This document shows, one piece after another, positions 11,187 through 20,970 of a stretch of DNA of 48,029 nucleotides. The notes beneath the pieces were generated by a model. That model worked only from the letters and a program-made list of their open reading frames with translations. It was not told the DNA's origin and searched no databases. Source of the stretch: Synergistaceae bacterium (lineage in GTDB: Bacteria > Synergistota > Synergistia > Synergistales > Aminobacteriaceae). The position numbers and the translations under genes were made by a program. The stretch spans positions 1-48,029 of the forward strand of contig JAAYQT010000033.1 in the NCBI GenBank assembly GCA_012519165.1. Direction: 5' to 3'. Position 1 is the first letter of the stretch; each line of letters starts with the position of its first letter.

Positions 11187-12389
11187 ATGAAAATTCTTGT
11201 GGTTAACTGCGGCAGTTCGTCTCTCAAGTACCAGCTTTTTGACATGACCGACGAGTCGGTCCTTGCAAAGGGCCTGGTGGAGAGGATCGGGATCGAGGGC
11301 GCAAGGATCAAGCACGTGAAGACGGGCATGGATACGGTTATTAAAAACACCGATATCCCCAATCACAAGGTGGCCTTCAAAGTGGTAGTGGAGGCGCTGC
11401 TTGACGAAAATCACGGCGCAATCAAGAGCCTTGACGAACTTTCCGCAGTGGGGCACCGGGTGGTCCACGCAGGTGAAAAATACGCAGGGTCGGTTATAAT
11501 CACCCAGGGAGTCATCGACGCCCTGGAGGAGTGCGTTCCCCTTGCGCCGCTCCACAACCCCGCTAACCTCATGGGGATTTACGCCGTTACCGAGGCCCTT
11601 CCCAACATTCCCCAGGCGGGCGTCTTCGACACCGCCTTCCACCAGACCATGCCAGGCTGCGCCTACATGTACGGGGTGCCTTACCACTACTACGAAAAAT
11701 ATAAAGTGCGCCGCTACGGTTTCCATGGAACAAGCCACTTCTACGTATCCAGGAGAGCTGCGGAGATTGTAGGCAAGCCCGTGGAATCCCTTAATATAGT
11801 GACCTGCCACATGGGCAACGGAAGCTCCATCACCGCCGTGAAGGCCGGAAAATCCGTGGATACCAGCATGGGCTTCAGCCCCCTCCCCGGGGTTATCATG
11901 GGCACAAGGTGCGGCGACGTGGACGCACTCCTTGTCTCCTTCCTTGCCGAGCAGGAGGGCATCGATAACAAGGCCATGAGCCACGTCCTTAATAAAGAGA
12001 GCGGCCTGCTGGGCATCTCCGGCATCAGCAGCGACCTCAGGGACATTGAAGAGGCCGCCGACGGCGGAAATCAGAGGGCTAAGCTGGCCGAGGAAATGCT
12101 CTTCTACGGGGTTAAAAAGTATATAGGGTCCTACGCCGCCGCCATGGGCGGAATGGACGTCCTCGTCTTTACCGCCGGAATCGGCGAGAACAGCGCCAGG
12201 GCCAGGGAAGGGATTTGTGAGGGCCTGGAGTTCATGGGGGTAAAGATCGACAGGGAGAAGAACAAGGTCCGGGGCGAGGAGCGCATTATCAGCGCCGATG
12301 ACAGCAAGGTTAAAGTAATAGTCATCCCCACGGACGAGGAACTTGTTATCGCCCGCGATACCAAGCGCCTTGTAACCGACGGAAAGTAG
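11187..12389 (+). CDS. ackA: Acetate kinase
   Basis: VVNCGSSSLKYQL, GHRVVH, APLHNP, FDTAFH, RRYGFHGTSH, FTAGIGEN, TDEEL. Confidence 0.97.
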   Translation: MKILVVNCGSSSLKYQLFDMTDESVLAKGLVERIGIEGARIKHVKTGMDTVIKNTDIPNHKVAFKVVVEALLDENHGAIKSLDELSAVGHRVVHAGEKYAGSVIITQGVIDALEECVPLAPLHNPANLMGIYAVTEALPNIPQAGVFDTAFHQTMPGCAYMYGVPYHYYEKYKVRRYGFHGTSHFYVSRRAAEIVGKPVESLNIVTCHMGNGSSITAVKAGKSVDTSMGFSPLPGVIMGTRCGDVDALLVSFLAEQEGIDNKAMSHVLNKESGLLGISGISSDLRDIEEAADGGNQRAKLAEEMLFYGVKKYIGSYAAAMGGMDVLVFTAGIGENSARAREGICEGLEFMGVKIDREKNKVRGEERIISADDSKVKVIVIPTDEELVIARDTKRLVTDGK

Positions 12390-12396
12390 AGCGGCA

Positions 12397-12972
12397 ATGA
12401 CCGACCGGGAGCGGCTCCTCTTTAAATTCGAGCTGGAGACGCCGGAGACTGGTAATCCGGACGATGAAACGTGCCTCAGGGCCGAGGTTCCCCCCGGGGA
12501 TTTGGACAAAATAGTCTTCGGGGGGCAGGCTTTCCATTTTGTAAGCCCCTTTGTCGTGGAAGCCAGGGCCCGCTGGGCGGATGAAGACCTCGAAGTAACC
12601 GTAAGAGTGTCGGCTGTTTTATCCTCGCCCTGTTCCCGATGTCTTGAGCCCTCCCGTATTGAAATTTTGGAGGATTTCCTGTATCTTTATTCCCTGCGCG
12701 ACAAAGAGCCTTCGGAGGAGGATGCTCTTGAAGAAGACTTCAGAGTAGTGCGGATAGAATCGTGGCGGCGATTTATGGACATAACCGACCAGGTTTGGGA
12801 AAGCCTTATCCTCTCCCTGCCCCTTAAAGTACTGTGTTCACCCGGCTGCCGGGGGCTCTGCCCCCGCTGCGGAAAGCCTTTAAACGGGGAGAGCTGCGGC
12901 TGCGGGGGAGAGGAGACAGACCCCAGGCTGGAAAAACTGGCCGGTATCAAAATTGAAGACCCGTCCGAATGA
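12397..12972 (+). CDS. yceD: YceD/DUF177 family protein
   Basis: CSRCL, C-terminal CxxxCxGLCxxCG and DPRLEKL. Lies directly upstream of rpmF. Confidence 0.88.
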   Translation: MTDRERLLFKFELETPETGNPDDETCLRAEVPPGDLDKIVFGGQAFHFVSPFVVEARARWADEDLEVTVRVSAVLSSPCSRCLEPSRIEILEDFLYLYSLRDKEPSEEDALEEDFRVVRIESWRRFMDITDQVWESLILSLPLKVLCSPGCRGLCPRCGKPLNGESCGCGGEETDPRLEKLAGIKIEDPSE

Positions 12973-13001
12973 AAAGACTACCAAAAGGAGGGAAGTAAAA
13001 A

Positions 13002-13205
13002 ATGGCAACGCCAAAAAGCAGAGTGTCCCACTCCCGTACCCATAAAAGAAAATCCGAGTGGATCGGCGGGCTTTCCGCTCCGGAGACCACGGCATGCCCC
13101 CACTGCGGGGAAGTGATCAGAAACTACACGGCCTGCGGAGAGTGCGGCTACTACCGGGGCAGAAAAGTTTTAAAAGGAGCTTCGGAGAGCGAAAAAGAAG
13201 CTTAA
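13002..13205 (+). CDS. rpmF: 50S ribosomal protein L32 (zinc-ribbon type)
   Basis: MATPKSRVSHSRTHKR...CPHCG...CGECGYYRG. Confidence 0.96.
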   Translation: MATPKSRVSHSRTHKRKSEWIGGLSAPETTACPHCGEVIRNYTACGECGYYRGRKVLKGASESEKEA

Positions 13206-13221
13206 ACACGGAAGAAACCGG

Positions 13222-13259
13222 GGAAGAGGGAGGGCGACCTTCCTCTTCCTTTCTTTTTA
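13222..13259 (+). terminator. Intrinsic terminator after rpmF
   Basis: GGAAGAGGGAGG-GCGA-CCTTCCTCTTCC followed by TTTCTTTTT. Confidence 0.8.
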
Positions 13260-13274
13260 TTGTTAATTCCAGTA

Positions 13275-13303
13275 TTGACGACTTGCCCATCCGATACTAT
13301 ACT
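13275..13303 (+). promoter_or_regulatory. Sigma70 promoter of fapR-plsX-fab operon
   Basis: TTGACG-17 nt-TATACT. Confidence 0.8.
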
Positions 13304-13313
13304 ATGCCGCAAA

Positions 13314-13343
13314 TTAGGAGCAGATAATATTATCAGGTGACAA
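13314..13343. promoter_or_regulatory. Putative FapR operator (two overlapping FapR-box-like sites)
   Basis: TTAGGAGCAGATAATAT and reverse-strand TTGTCACCTGATAATAT resemble the B. subtilis TTAGTA-N5-TACTAA box. They flank the palindrome GATAATATTATC between promoter and fapR start. Confidence 0.6.
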
Positions 13344-13344
13344 A

Positions 13345-13929
13345 ATGGAGAAAAAACCCGCCAAATCACAAAGGAGAAGGAGCCGCCAGGACAGGCTTTT
13401 GAAGCTTATCGAGAAAAACCCTCTGTTAAGCGACGAAAAGCTTGCCGCATCCCTTGGCGCCAGCGTAAGTACCATCCGGCTGGACAGGACTCTTCTTGGC
13501 GTGCCGGAGCTTCGGGAGCGTACCCGGTCCATGGCCCAGAAGGCTACCAGCAGGCTCAGATCCCTGAAACAGAGCGAAGTGGTGGGGGATCTCCTCGAAC
13601 TGGAGCCCAACAAGTGGGCCCTTTCCGTCCTTGAGACAAAGAAAGATATGGCTTTCCGGGAGACGGACATGATCTGGGACCACTACATATACGCCCAGGC
13701 CAGCTCAATTGCCATTGCGGTGGTGGAGGCGGACCTGGTAATCCTGGACTCCATGCGGGGGGAGTACAAGGGGCATGCCAGAGTTGGCGACTCCCTTGTG
13801 GCCAGGGCAAAAGTGGGAGTCAACAGGGATGAAAAATACATAGTAAGCGTTCGTACCAAAGTGGGAGAGAAAGAGATCTTCGTGGGGAGATTTATTGCCG
13901 CGGTGGTCTCGCCCGAGCGGCCGATATAA
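13345..13929 (+). CDS. fapR: Fatty acid biosynthesis transcriptional repressor FapR
   Basis: N-terminal HTH (SVSTIRLDR...PELRER) and hot-dog domain (AQASSIA). Heads the plsX-fab operon. Confidence 0.92.
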   Translation: MEKKPAKSQRRRSRQDRLLKLIEKNPLLSDEKLAASLGASVSTIRLDRTLLGVPELRERTRSMAQKATSRLRSLKQSEVVGDLLELEPNKWALSVLETKKDMAFRETDMIWDHYIYAQASSIAIAVVEADLVILDSMRGEYKGHARVGDSLVARAKVGVNRDEKYIVSVRTKVGEKEIFVGRFIAAVVSPERPI

Positions 13930-13951
13930 CTGGAGAGAGGGGAGCTTCTGT

Positions 13952-14941
13952 TTGATTTTTGCTCTTGACGCCATGGGCGGCGACCATGGACCTTCGGAAG
14001 TGTGCAAGGGAGCAATAGAGGCCTGCAAAGAACACTCCGACCTTGAAATTATCCTTGTGGGTAAAAGCGGCGAGATCGAACCGGCGCTCGATGAGGCGCC
14101 GGGGGAGATCGTCCGCAGAATATCCGTCGTCCACTCCGAAGAGCAGATCGGGATGGACGAACACCCGTCCGCAGCCCTGAGAAAAAAACGGGGCTCCAGC
14201 CTCAGAATGGCCATGGAGATGGTAAGGAGCGGAGAGGCGGAGGGCTGCGTATCGGCGGGGAACACCGGCGCCATTGTGGCAGGCGGGGTGCTGGTGGTGG
14301 GCAGAATTGCGGGGATCGACCGGCCCGCCCTGGGGGTGGCCCTGCCGACCCTGAACAAATACACCTTCCTGCTGGATGTGGGGGCCACTGTGCGCAACAG
14401 GCCAATTAACCTGTATCAGTTTGCTCTGATGGGGAACGTATACTCGAAAAAAATCCTTGGAGTGGCCGAACCGGAGGTGGCCCTTCTCTCCAACGGTTCC
14501 GAGGACATCAAGGGAGACGAGACCGTCGCCGCTGCCAGAGAGCTTATAAAAAACAGCGGGCTGAACTTTACCGGTTACGTAGAGGGCGACGACATACCCT
14601 ACAGCAGGGCAGACGTAGTGGTGGCCGACGGCTTTACAGGAAATGTCACCCTTAAATTTGCCGAGGGGCTCATGTCCGCCGTCTACTCCCTCCTGAAGGA
14701 GGAGATGGGCAACCGGATTCTCCCCAAGGTAGGCATGCTCTTTATGATACCCATGATGAAGGACCTGTGGGCAAGGTTTAACTACGAGAAACACGGAGGA
14801 ACGCCCCTGCTGGGCGTGAGAGGAACCGTAGTCAAGGCCCACGGCCGTTCGAAGGCGCCGGCAATTGCCAACGCCCTCAGGGTTGCCCGGAGTTTCGTTA
14901 TTCAAAACGGAGTTGGAGTAATTCGAGAGGAACTTGAGTAA
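13952..14941 (+). CDS. plsX: Phosphate acyltransferase PlsX
   Basis: ALDAMGGDHGP, SAGNTGA, LDVGA, DGFTGNVTLK, VKAHGRS. TTG start after GAGGGGAG. Confidence 0.95.
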   Translation: MIFALDAMGGDHGPSEVCKGAIEACKEHSDLEIILVGKSGEIEPALDEAPGEIVRRISVVHSEEQIGMDEHPSAALRKKRGSSLRMAMEMVRSGEAEGCVSAGNTGAIVAGGVLVVGRIAGIDRPALGVALPTLNKYTFLLDVGATVRNRPINLYQFALMGNVYSKKILGVAEPEVALLSNGSEDIKGDETVAAARELIKNSGLNFTGYVEGDDIPYSRADVVVADGFTGNVTLKFAEGLMSAVYSLLKEEMGNRILPKVGMLFMIPMMKDLWARFNYEKHGGTPLLGVRGTVVKAHGRSKAPAIANALRVARSFVIQNGVGVIREELE

Positions 14942-14955
14942 AGGAGGTCAGCCGA

Positions 14956-15954
14956 ATGGGTGTGTTTTCAGGGGTACCTGCCTCCATTATGGGCACGGGG
15001 ATGTATGTTCCAAAAAAAGTAATCACTAACGAAGATATTTCCAAAATGGTAGACACCAGCGACGAGTGGATCAGGGAGAGAACGGGCATCCTCAGGCGAC
15101 ACCTGGCCGAAAAGGGCGAGCTTACCAGCGACGTGGCGGAAAAGGCGGCCAGGGAAGCCCTTGAAGACGCCGGGGTAACCCCGGAGGATCTCGATATGGT
15201 AATCGTGGCCACGAACAGCCCTGACACCATCTTCCCCGGAGTTGCGCCAAAGGTGCAGGGCATGCTTGGCGCAAACAGGGCGGGGGCCTTCGACGTTCAG
15301 TCGGGGTGCACCGGCGGGGTGTACGCCATGGCCATGGCGGCATCGGGGATTGCCTCGGGGATATGGAAAAAAGTCCTGGTAATCGGAGCCGAGGTCCTTT
15401 CTCCCCTTGTCGACTGGACCGACAGAAACACCTGCATCCTCTTCGGCGACGGGGCCGGAGCCATGGTTCTCGGAGCGGCGGAGGAGGGCGGCGGAAGGTT
15501 TATCTCAACGGAATTGCGGTCCGACGGCGAAAAGCACGACCAGATTACTTTCAGGGGCGGTCTTGTGGAAAACCCCGCCTCCCAGGAAACCGTTGAAAAG
15601 GGCCTTCACTACGTGGAGATGAAGGGCAACGAAGTGTTCAGGTTTGTAAACAGGATCATTCCGCCCTTTTTAAGGCAGTTTTGCCTGAACTCGGGCATTG
15701 AACCGGAGGCCATAGAGTGGTGGTTCTTTCACCAGGCCAACCAGCGGATAATTGAGCGGGCCGCCGAGCGGCTCGGCATCCAGCCGGAAAAAGTTATCAT
15801 AAACATCGACGAGTACGGAAATACTTCTGCGGCTTCAGTCTTCATAGCCCTGTATGAATTTTTGCGGGAAGACAGGGTAAAAAAAGGAGACAGACTGCTC
15901 TTTACCGCTTTTGGAGCCGGCATGACATATGGAGGTATCATCTATGAAGCATGA
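14956..15954 (+). CDS. fabH: 3-oxoacyl-ACP synthase III
   Basis: Catalytic Cys (SGCTG), His (HQAN), Asn (YGNTSAAS), and FGDGAGA. Confidence 0.96.
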   Translation: MGVFSGVPASIMGTGMYVPKKVITNEDISKMVDTSDEWIRERTGILRRHLAEKGELTSDVAEKAAREALEDAGVTPEDLDMVIVATNSPDTIFPGVAPKVQGMLGANRAGAFDVQSGCTGGVYAMAMAASGIASGIWKKVLVIGAEVLSPLVDWTDRNTCILFGDGAGAMVLGAAEEGGGRFISTELRSDGEKHDQITFRGGLVENPASQETVEKGLHYVEMKGNEVFRFVNRIIPPFLRQFCLNSGIEPEAIEWWFFHQANQRIIERAAERLGIQPEKVIINIDEYGNTSAASVFIALYEFLREDRVKKGDRLLFTAFGAGMTYGGIIYEA

Positions 15955-16915
15955 CAGCGGCGCAAATTTCAGGGAAAACAGAGTAACCCGCCTCCTGGGG
16001 TGCGAGTACCCCATCATCCAGGGAGGAATGGCCTGGGTGGCGGATGCCGCTCTCGCGGCGGCGGTCAGCAACGGCGGCGGAATAGGCATTATTGCCGCAG
16101 CCAACATGCCTCCCCATCTTCTGGAGGCTGAAATTCAAAAGGCCCGGTCCCTCACCGGCAAGCCCTTCGGCGTAAATATTATGATGATGTCGTCCACCGT
16201 GGACGATGTTATCAGGATAGTGGCCGAGCAGGAGGTTCCCATTGTGACCACCGGCGCGGGAAGCCCGGGCAAGGTCCTGGACGCCCTGAAGCCCCGGGGG
16301 ACCATCGTGATTCCTGTTATCGCCTCCGTGGCCCAGGCCAAGAGGGTGGAAAAGCAGGGCGCCGACGCAGTGGTGGCTGAAGGGATGGAGGCGGGGGGCC
16401 ACATCGGCGAGATAACCACCATGGCCCTAGTCCCCCAGATAACCGACGCCGTGGAGATACCCGTCATCGCTGCCGGAGGAATTGCAGACGGCAGGGGCGC
16501 AGCGGCTGCATTCGCCCTGGGCGCAGAGGGAATCCAGGTGGGGACGAGATTTGTATGCACGGTTGAGTCCACCGTTCACCCCGCCTACAAGGAGGCGGTG
16601 GTGGGCGCCAGGGACAGGAGCAATATAATTACCGGCAGGGTGACAGGCCACCCGGTCCGCTGCCTCAAAAACAAGCTGACGGCAAAGTTTGAGGAGCTGG
16701 ACAGAGAGGGCGCCCCCATTGAAGAGTACGAGAAGCTGGGCGCCGGAAAACTCCGGGCTGCGGTGGTGGAGGGCGACATGGAGTGGGGTTCGGTGATGGC
16801 GGGCCAGATCTCCGCCCTCATCGGCGATATCCGCCCTACCGCCGACATTATACGGGATATCTTCGACGAGGCGGAAAGGATACTGAACGAACTCCCCGGA
16901 AAGGTGTACAGGTGA
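15944..16915 (+). CDS. fabK: Enoyl-ACP reductase FabK (FMN-dependent)
   Basis: IIQGGMAW, EAGGHIG, AAGGIADGRG, QVGTRF, MAGQ. Located within the fab operon. Confidence 0.92.
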   Translation: MKHDSGANFRENRVTRLLGCEYPIIQGGMAWVADAALAAAVSNGGGIGIIAAANMPPHLLEAEIQKARSLTGKPFGVNIMMMSSTVDDVIRIVAEQEVPIVTTGAGSPGKVLDALKPRGTIVIPVIASVAQAKRVEKQGADAVVAEGMEAGGHIGEITTMALVPQITDAVEIPVIAAGGIADGRGAAAAFALGAEGIQVGTRFVCTVESTVHPAYKEAVVGARDRSNIITGRVTGHPVRCLKNKLTAKFEELDREGAPIEEYEKLGAGKLRAAVVEGDMEWGSVMAGQISALIGDIRPTADIIRDIFDEAERILNELPGKVYR

Positions 16916-16922
16916 TAACCCC

Positions 16923-17870
16923 ATGACCTATTCAATTATCTTCCCCGGCCAGGGGTCCCAGGAGACGGGGATGGGACGGGACTTTTACGACGCCTTCCCC
17001 GCCGCAAGGGACGTGTTTCTGCGGGCCGACGAGGCCCTGGGCTTTCCTTTGTCGGAGACCATCTTCAACGGTCCGGAGGAAGAGCTTCGCCGGACTGCCA
17101 TAACCCAGCCCGCCATCCTGACCGTGAGCATGGCCGTCTTTGAGTGCTTTGCGGTCCGGGCGGAAGTAGCGCCTTCACCCGCATTCTTTGCAGGGCACAG
17201 TCTGGGCGAGTACACCGCCCTGGCCGCCTCGGGCGTTCTCTCCCTGGAGGATGCGGTGAGGCTGGTTCACTTAAGGGGAAAGCTCATGCAGGAGGCGGTA
17301 CCCGAAGGGGAGGGCGCCATGGCCGCAATCCTGGGGCTGGACCAGGAAAAAGTAGCATCGGTATGCGCTCAGGTTGCGCCGGGAGGGGAGTGCCAGCCCG
17401 CCAATTTTAACTCCCCCGGACAGATTGTTATTTCAGGCGAGGCGGCCTTCGTGGAGGCGGCCGCGGAAAAGGCCAGGGAGGCAGGGGCCAAAAGGGCCGT
17501 CATGCTGAACGTAAGCGCTCCCTTCCACAGCAGGCAGATGCGCCCTGTAGCAGACAAGCTCATGGAGGCATTCGGCCGCATTGAATGGAAAACCCCTTCG
17601 GCGCCCATCGTAGCCAACGCCTCGGCCGGGCCTGTAAAAACAGTGGATGAAATTCAAAAATCCCTTTTCGACCAGACTTTCATGCCCGTGCTGTGGACCG
17701 ATTCGGTAAACTTCATGGCTGACGAAGGAGTGGAAGAGTTCTTCGAGATAGGCCCCGGCAACGTGCTGACGGGCCTGGTAAAAAAATGCAGGAAGGGCCT
17801 GGCGGCTCTGGCCTGCAGAACTGTCCCGGAGTTTGAGGAACTGTCGAAAAAACTCAAGGAGTTGGTGTAG
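16923..17870 (+). CDS. fabD: Malonyl-CoA:ACP transacylase
   Basis: FPGQGSQ, GHSLGEY, SAPFHS. Confidence 0.96.
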   Translation: MTYSIIFPGQGSQETGMGRDFYDAFPAARDVFLRADEALGFPLSETIFNGPEEELRRTAITQPAILTVSMAVFECFAVRAEVAPSPAFFAGHSLGEYTALAASGVLSLEDAVRLVHLRGKLMQEAVPEGEGAMAAILGLDQEKVASVCAQVAPGGECQPANFNSPGQIVISGEAAFVEAAAEKAREAGAKRAVMLNVSAPFHSRQMRPVADKLMEAFGRIEWKTPSAPIVANASAGPVKTVDEIQKSLFDQTFMPVLWTDSVNFMADEGVEEFFEIGPGNVLTGLVKKCRKGLAALACRTVPEFEELSKKLKELV

Positions 17871-17871
17871 A

Positions 17872-18615
17872 ATGACTGATGCCAGAGTCGCCCTGGTCAC
17901 GGGCGCCGGCAAGGGAATAGGCAGGGCCGCGGCCGTCAGACTTGGCGCCATGGGGTTTAAGGTTGCCGTAAACTACAACCGGAGCGAAAAACAGGCGGAA
18001 GAGGTCTGCGCCCTTATAAAAAGCGGGGGCGGGATAGCCGTTCCCTTCCAGGGGGACGTTTCGTCGGGGGAGGATGTTAAACGGCTCTTTGCAGCCGCGG
18101 AGAAGGAACTTGGGTCTGTGGCGGTACTGGTCAACAACGCAGGCGTCACCAGGGACGGCCTCCTTATGAGAATGGCCTCAGACGACTGGGACGCCGTGAT
18201 AAAGGCAAATCTCACGTCGGTTTACAACTGTACAAAAGAGGCCATCAGAGGCATGGTCAGGGCCAAGTGGGGCAGGATAATTAACGTATCTTCGGTGGTG
18301 GCCCTCATAGGCAATCCCGGGCAGGCCAACTACTGCGCGTCCAAGGCCGGGATAATCGGCTTCACCAAGGCGGCCGCCAGGGAGTATGCGGCCAAGGGCG
18401 TCACTGTTAACGCAATAGCGCCCGGATACATAGCCACCGACATGACCGAAGCCCTGCCGGAGGCCGCCAGGCAGGCCCTCCTGTCGCAGGTGCCCGCCGG
18501 AAGGCCAGGTACTCCCGAGGACGTAGCGGCGCTGGCCGGATTTCTTGCGTCGGACGCGGCTTCTTACATTAACGGACAGGTCATCGCCGTCGACGGCGGC
18601 ATGACCATGTGCTGA
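17872..18615 (+). CDS. fabG: 3-oxoacyl-ACP reductase
   Basis: TGAGKGIG, NNAGVTRD, YCASK, VDGGM. Start set at ATG 17872. Confidence 0.96.
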   Translation: MTDARVALVTGAGKGIGRAAAVRLGAMGFKVAVNYNRSEKQAEEVCALIKSGGGIAVPFQGDVSSGEDVKRLFAAAEKELGSVAVLVNNAGVTRDGLLMRMASDDWDAVIKANLTSVYNCTKEAIRGMVRAKWGRIINVSSVVALIGNPGQANYCASKAGIIGFTKAAAREYAAKGVTVNAIAPGYIATDMTEALPEAARQALLSQVPAGRPGTPEDVAALAGFLASDAASYINGQVIAVDGGMTMC

Positions 18616-18642
18616 AACTGAGTAAAAAGGGGGTGAAACTGT

Positions 18643-18894
18643 ATGAAAAAAGAAGAAATGCTGGCTCGCTTGAAGGAGATCATAATCGACAGGCTTGACG
18701 TCGAAGAGGATCAGATAGCGCCTGAGGCCTCTTTCGTGGATGACCTGGGCGCCGACTCCCTCGACATTGTGGAGCTCATCATGGGCATCGAAGAGGAGTT
18801 CGACATCGAAATTCCCGACGAGGACGCCGAAAAGCTTACCACCGTCGGCGAGGCAATGAGCTACACCTTTGGCAAACTTGGCGTTGAAGAGTAA
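18643..18894 (+). CDS. acpP: Acyl carrier protein
   Basis: [12 protein letters not shown] phosphopantetheinylation motif; acidic, 83 aa. Confidence 0.97.
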   Translation: MKKEEMLARLKEIIIDRLDVEEDQIAPEASFVDDLGADSLDIVELIMGIEEEFDIEIPDEDAEKLTTVGEAMSYTFGKLGVEE

Positions 18895-18909
18895 AAAACG
18901 CGGCGGAAA

Positions 18910-18950
18910 GCAGGACCGGCGGGAAGCGTTGTGCATCCCGCCTGCCCTGC
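18910..18950 (+). other. GC-rich intergenic stem-loop between acpP and fabF (no U-tract)
   Basis: GCAGG..GGCGGGA pairs with TCCCGCC..CCTGC. Confidence 0.55.
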
Positions 18951-18996
18951 TGCCCCTCTATCATGTTCCAACCCTGCAGAAGAGGAGTGAAATAAT

Positions 18997-20235
18997 TTGA
19001 GAAGGGTTGTTGTAACGGGGCTTGGAGTTGTAAGCCCCATAGCCATAGGCAGAGAAAACTACTGGCAGGCCCTTAAAGAAGGCCGGAACGGCATCGGACC
19101 GCTGACTACCTTCGACGTGTCCGACTGCCCCGTGCCCTTCGGAGCGGAGATTAAGGATTTTGACCCTTCCCCCTGGATGGACAATAAGGAAGCCAAGCGT
19201 TCGGACAGGGTCATTCAGTTTGCCGTAGCGGCTGCGGATCTGGCCGTTGCGGATGCAAAGCTCGATACGGCCGGCCTGGATCCCCATAAATTCGGAGTTT
19301 ACATCGGAAGCGGTCAGGGCGGCATCGAGACTACCTACAACAACTTCAGGACAATGATGGAAAAGGGCCCGAGGAGGGTCAGCCCCTTTTTCATACCCAT
19401 GATGATAAGCAACATGTCCACCGCCTACGTGGCCATTAAACACAAGGCCCAGGGCCCCAACATCTGCGTAGTCACTGCCTGCGCCACGTCCATTCACAGT
19501 CTTGGCGAGGCCTACCATACAATAATAAGGGACGACGCGGACGTCATTCTTGCCGGCGGGTCGGAGGCTGCGCTCAGGAGCATCAGTATCGCGGGCTTTG
19601 CAGCCATGAAGGCCATCTCCACCAGGATGGACGAGCCCGGCAGGGCGTCCCGTCCGTTTGACGTGGACAGGGACGGCTTTGTCATGGGGGAGGGCGCAGG
19701 CGTGCTGGTGCTGGAAGAGCTTGAGCATGCCCGGAGAAGAGGCGCCCATATCTATGCCGAATTGGTGGGATACGGAACCACTTGCGACGCAAGCCACATA
19801 ACCGCCCCGGACCCCGAGGGGGCGGGAGCCGCAAGGGCCATGAGGATGGCAATGGAGAAGGCTAAGTGGCTGCCCGGCGATGTTGAATACATCAACGCCC
19901 ACGGCACCTCAACGCCCTTAAACGACAAGATGGAGTCCATGGCTATCAGGACGGTCTTCGGCGATCATACGGACAACGTGCTGGTCAACTCCACCAAGTC
20001 CATGATAGGTCACTGCCTCGGCGCAGCGGGCGCCCTTGAGTCGGTGGCCGCCCTTCAGGCGATTGAGGAGGGGATTGTCCACCCCACCATCAACCTTGAA
20101 AACCTGGACCCGGAGTGCGCCATCAACGCCGTAGGCCCGGCCGGGGCGGAAAAGAAGGTAAGCCGCCTGCTTGTAAACAGCTTCGGATTCGGCGGACACA
20201 ACGGCGTAGCCGCCTTCCAGAAGTTCGAGGGGTAG
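18997..20235 (+). CDS. fabF: 3-oxoacyl-ACP synthase II
   Basis: VVVTGLG, TACAT, NAHGTST, KSMIGH, NSFGFGGHN. Confidence 0.97.
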   Translation: MRRVVVTGLGVVSPIAIGRENYWQALKEGRNGIGPLTTFDVSDCPVPFGAEIKDFDPSPWMDNKEAKRSDRVIQFAVAAADLAVADAKLDTAGLDPHKFGVYIGSGQGGIETTYNNFRTMMEKGPRRVSPFFIPMMISNMSTAYVAIKHKAQGPNICVVTACATSIHSLGEAYHTIIRDDADVILAGGSEAALRSISIAGFAAMKAISTRMDEPGRASRPFDVDRDGFVMGEGAGVLVLEELEHARRRGAHIYAELVGYGTTCDASHITAPDPEGAGAARAMRMAMEKAKWLPGDVEYINAHGTSTPLNDKMESMAIRTVFGDHTDNVLVNSTKSMIGHCLGAAGALESVAALQAIEEGIVHPTINLENLDPECAINAVGPAGAEKKVSRLLVNSFGFGGHNGVAAFQKFEG

Positions 20236-20250
20236 GGCCTAAAAAGCGCC

Positions 20251-20970
20251 ATGGACTACGACGCCTGGTTCAGGGGCGAACTGGAAAAGCTTCAGCAGCG
20301 GCTTGGCTACCGTTTTAAAAACCCGTCCCTGCTCAATTCAGCCCTTGTCCACTCCTCCTACGCCAACGAAAAAGGTCTGACCGGGCATAACGAAAGAATG
20401 GAGTTCCTGGGAGACGCCGCTCTTGAACTTGGCGTCTCTCGCTTTTTGTACGAAGAGTTCCCGGATTTTGACGAAGGGGCCCTCACCAGGGCGAGAGCCG
20501 CCCTTGTTTGCGGAAAATCCCTGGCCGAGTGGGGGACGGAGCTCGGGCTTCCCAAACTGCTCAGGACGGGAAACAGCCTTGAACAGGATGACGGCTGCCG
20601 CCCATCCCTCTGCGCCGACGCAGCGGAAGCCCTGTTTGGCGCTGTTTTTTTGGACGGCGGCTACTACCCCCTTATGGAAGTAATAAAAACGTACTTTATG
20701 TTTCACTCTACCCGGAAGCCCATCGGGGGCGGCGCTACGGATCCCAAGTCGTCTCTTCAGATGGCGGCTCATGAAAAAGGCCTTCCCTGCCCCGTCTACG
20801 AAATTATTTCTGCATCGGGGCCCGCCCACTGCCCCTGGTTTTCAGTCAGGGTTACAATCGGCGGCGTCGAGGCCGGCAAGGGGAAAGGGACCGGCAAGAA
20901 GGCAGCGGAGTTTGCCGCCGCTGAGGACGCTCTTTTAAACTTTTTACAGGAGACTACGAAAGAAAAATGA
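20251..20970 (+). CDS. rnc: Ribonuclease III
   Basis: NERMEFLGDA signature, ADAAEALFGA, C-terminal dsRBD (PKSSLQ...GKKAAE). Confidence 0.95.
   Translation: MDYDAWFRGELEKLQQRLGYRFKNPSLLNSALVHSSYANEKGLTGHNERMEFLGDAALELGVSRFLYEEFPDFDEGALTRARAALVCGKSLAEWGTELGLPKLLRTGNSLEQDDGCRPSLCADAAEALFGAVFLDGGYYPLMEVIKTYFMFHSTRKPIGGGATDPKSSLQMAAHEKGLPCPVYEIISASGPAHCPWFSVRVTIGGVEAGKGKGTGKKAAEFAAAEDALLNFLQETTKEK

Noticed and set aside
11103-12509. 468-aa antisense ORF over ackA, and similar long shadow ORFs over PFOR, plsX, fabF, hypF, ftsH and uvrB
   Set aside because: They lie opposite well-conserved genes with GC-biased codon usage and show no motifs; expected shadow frames.
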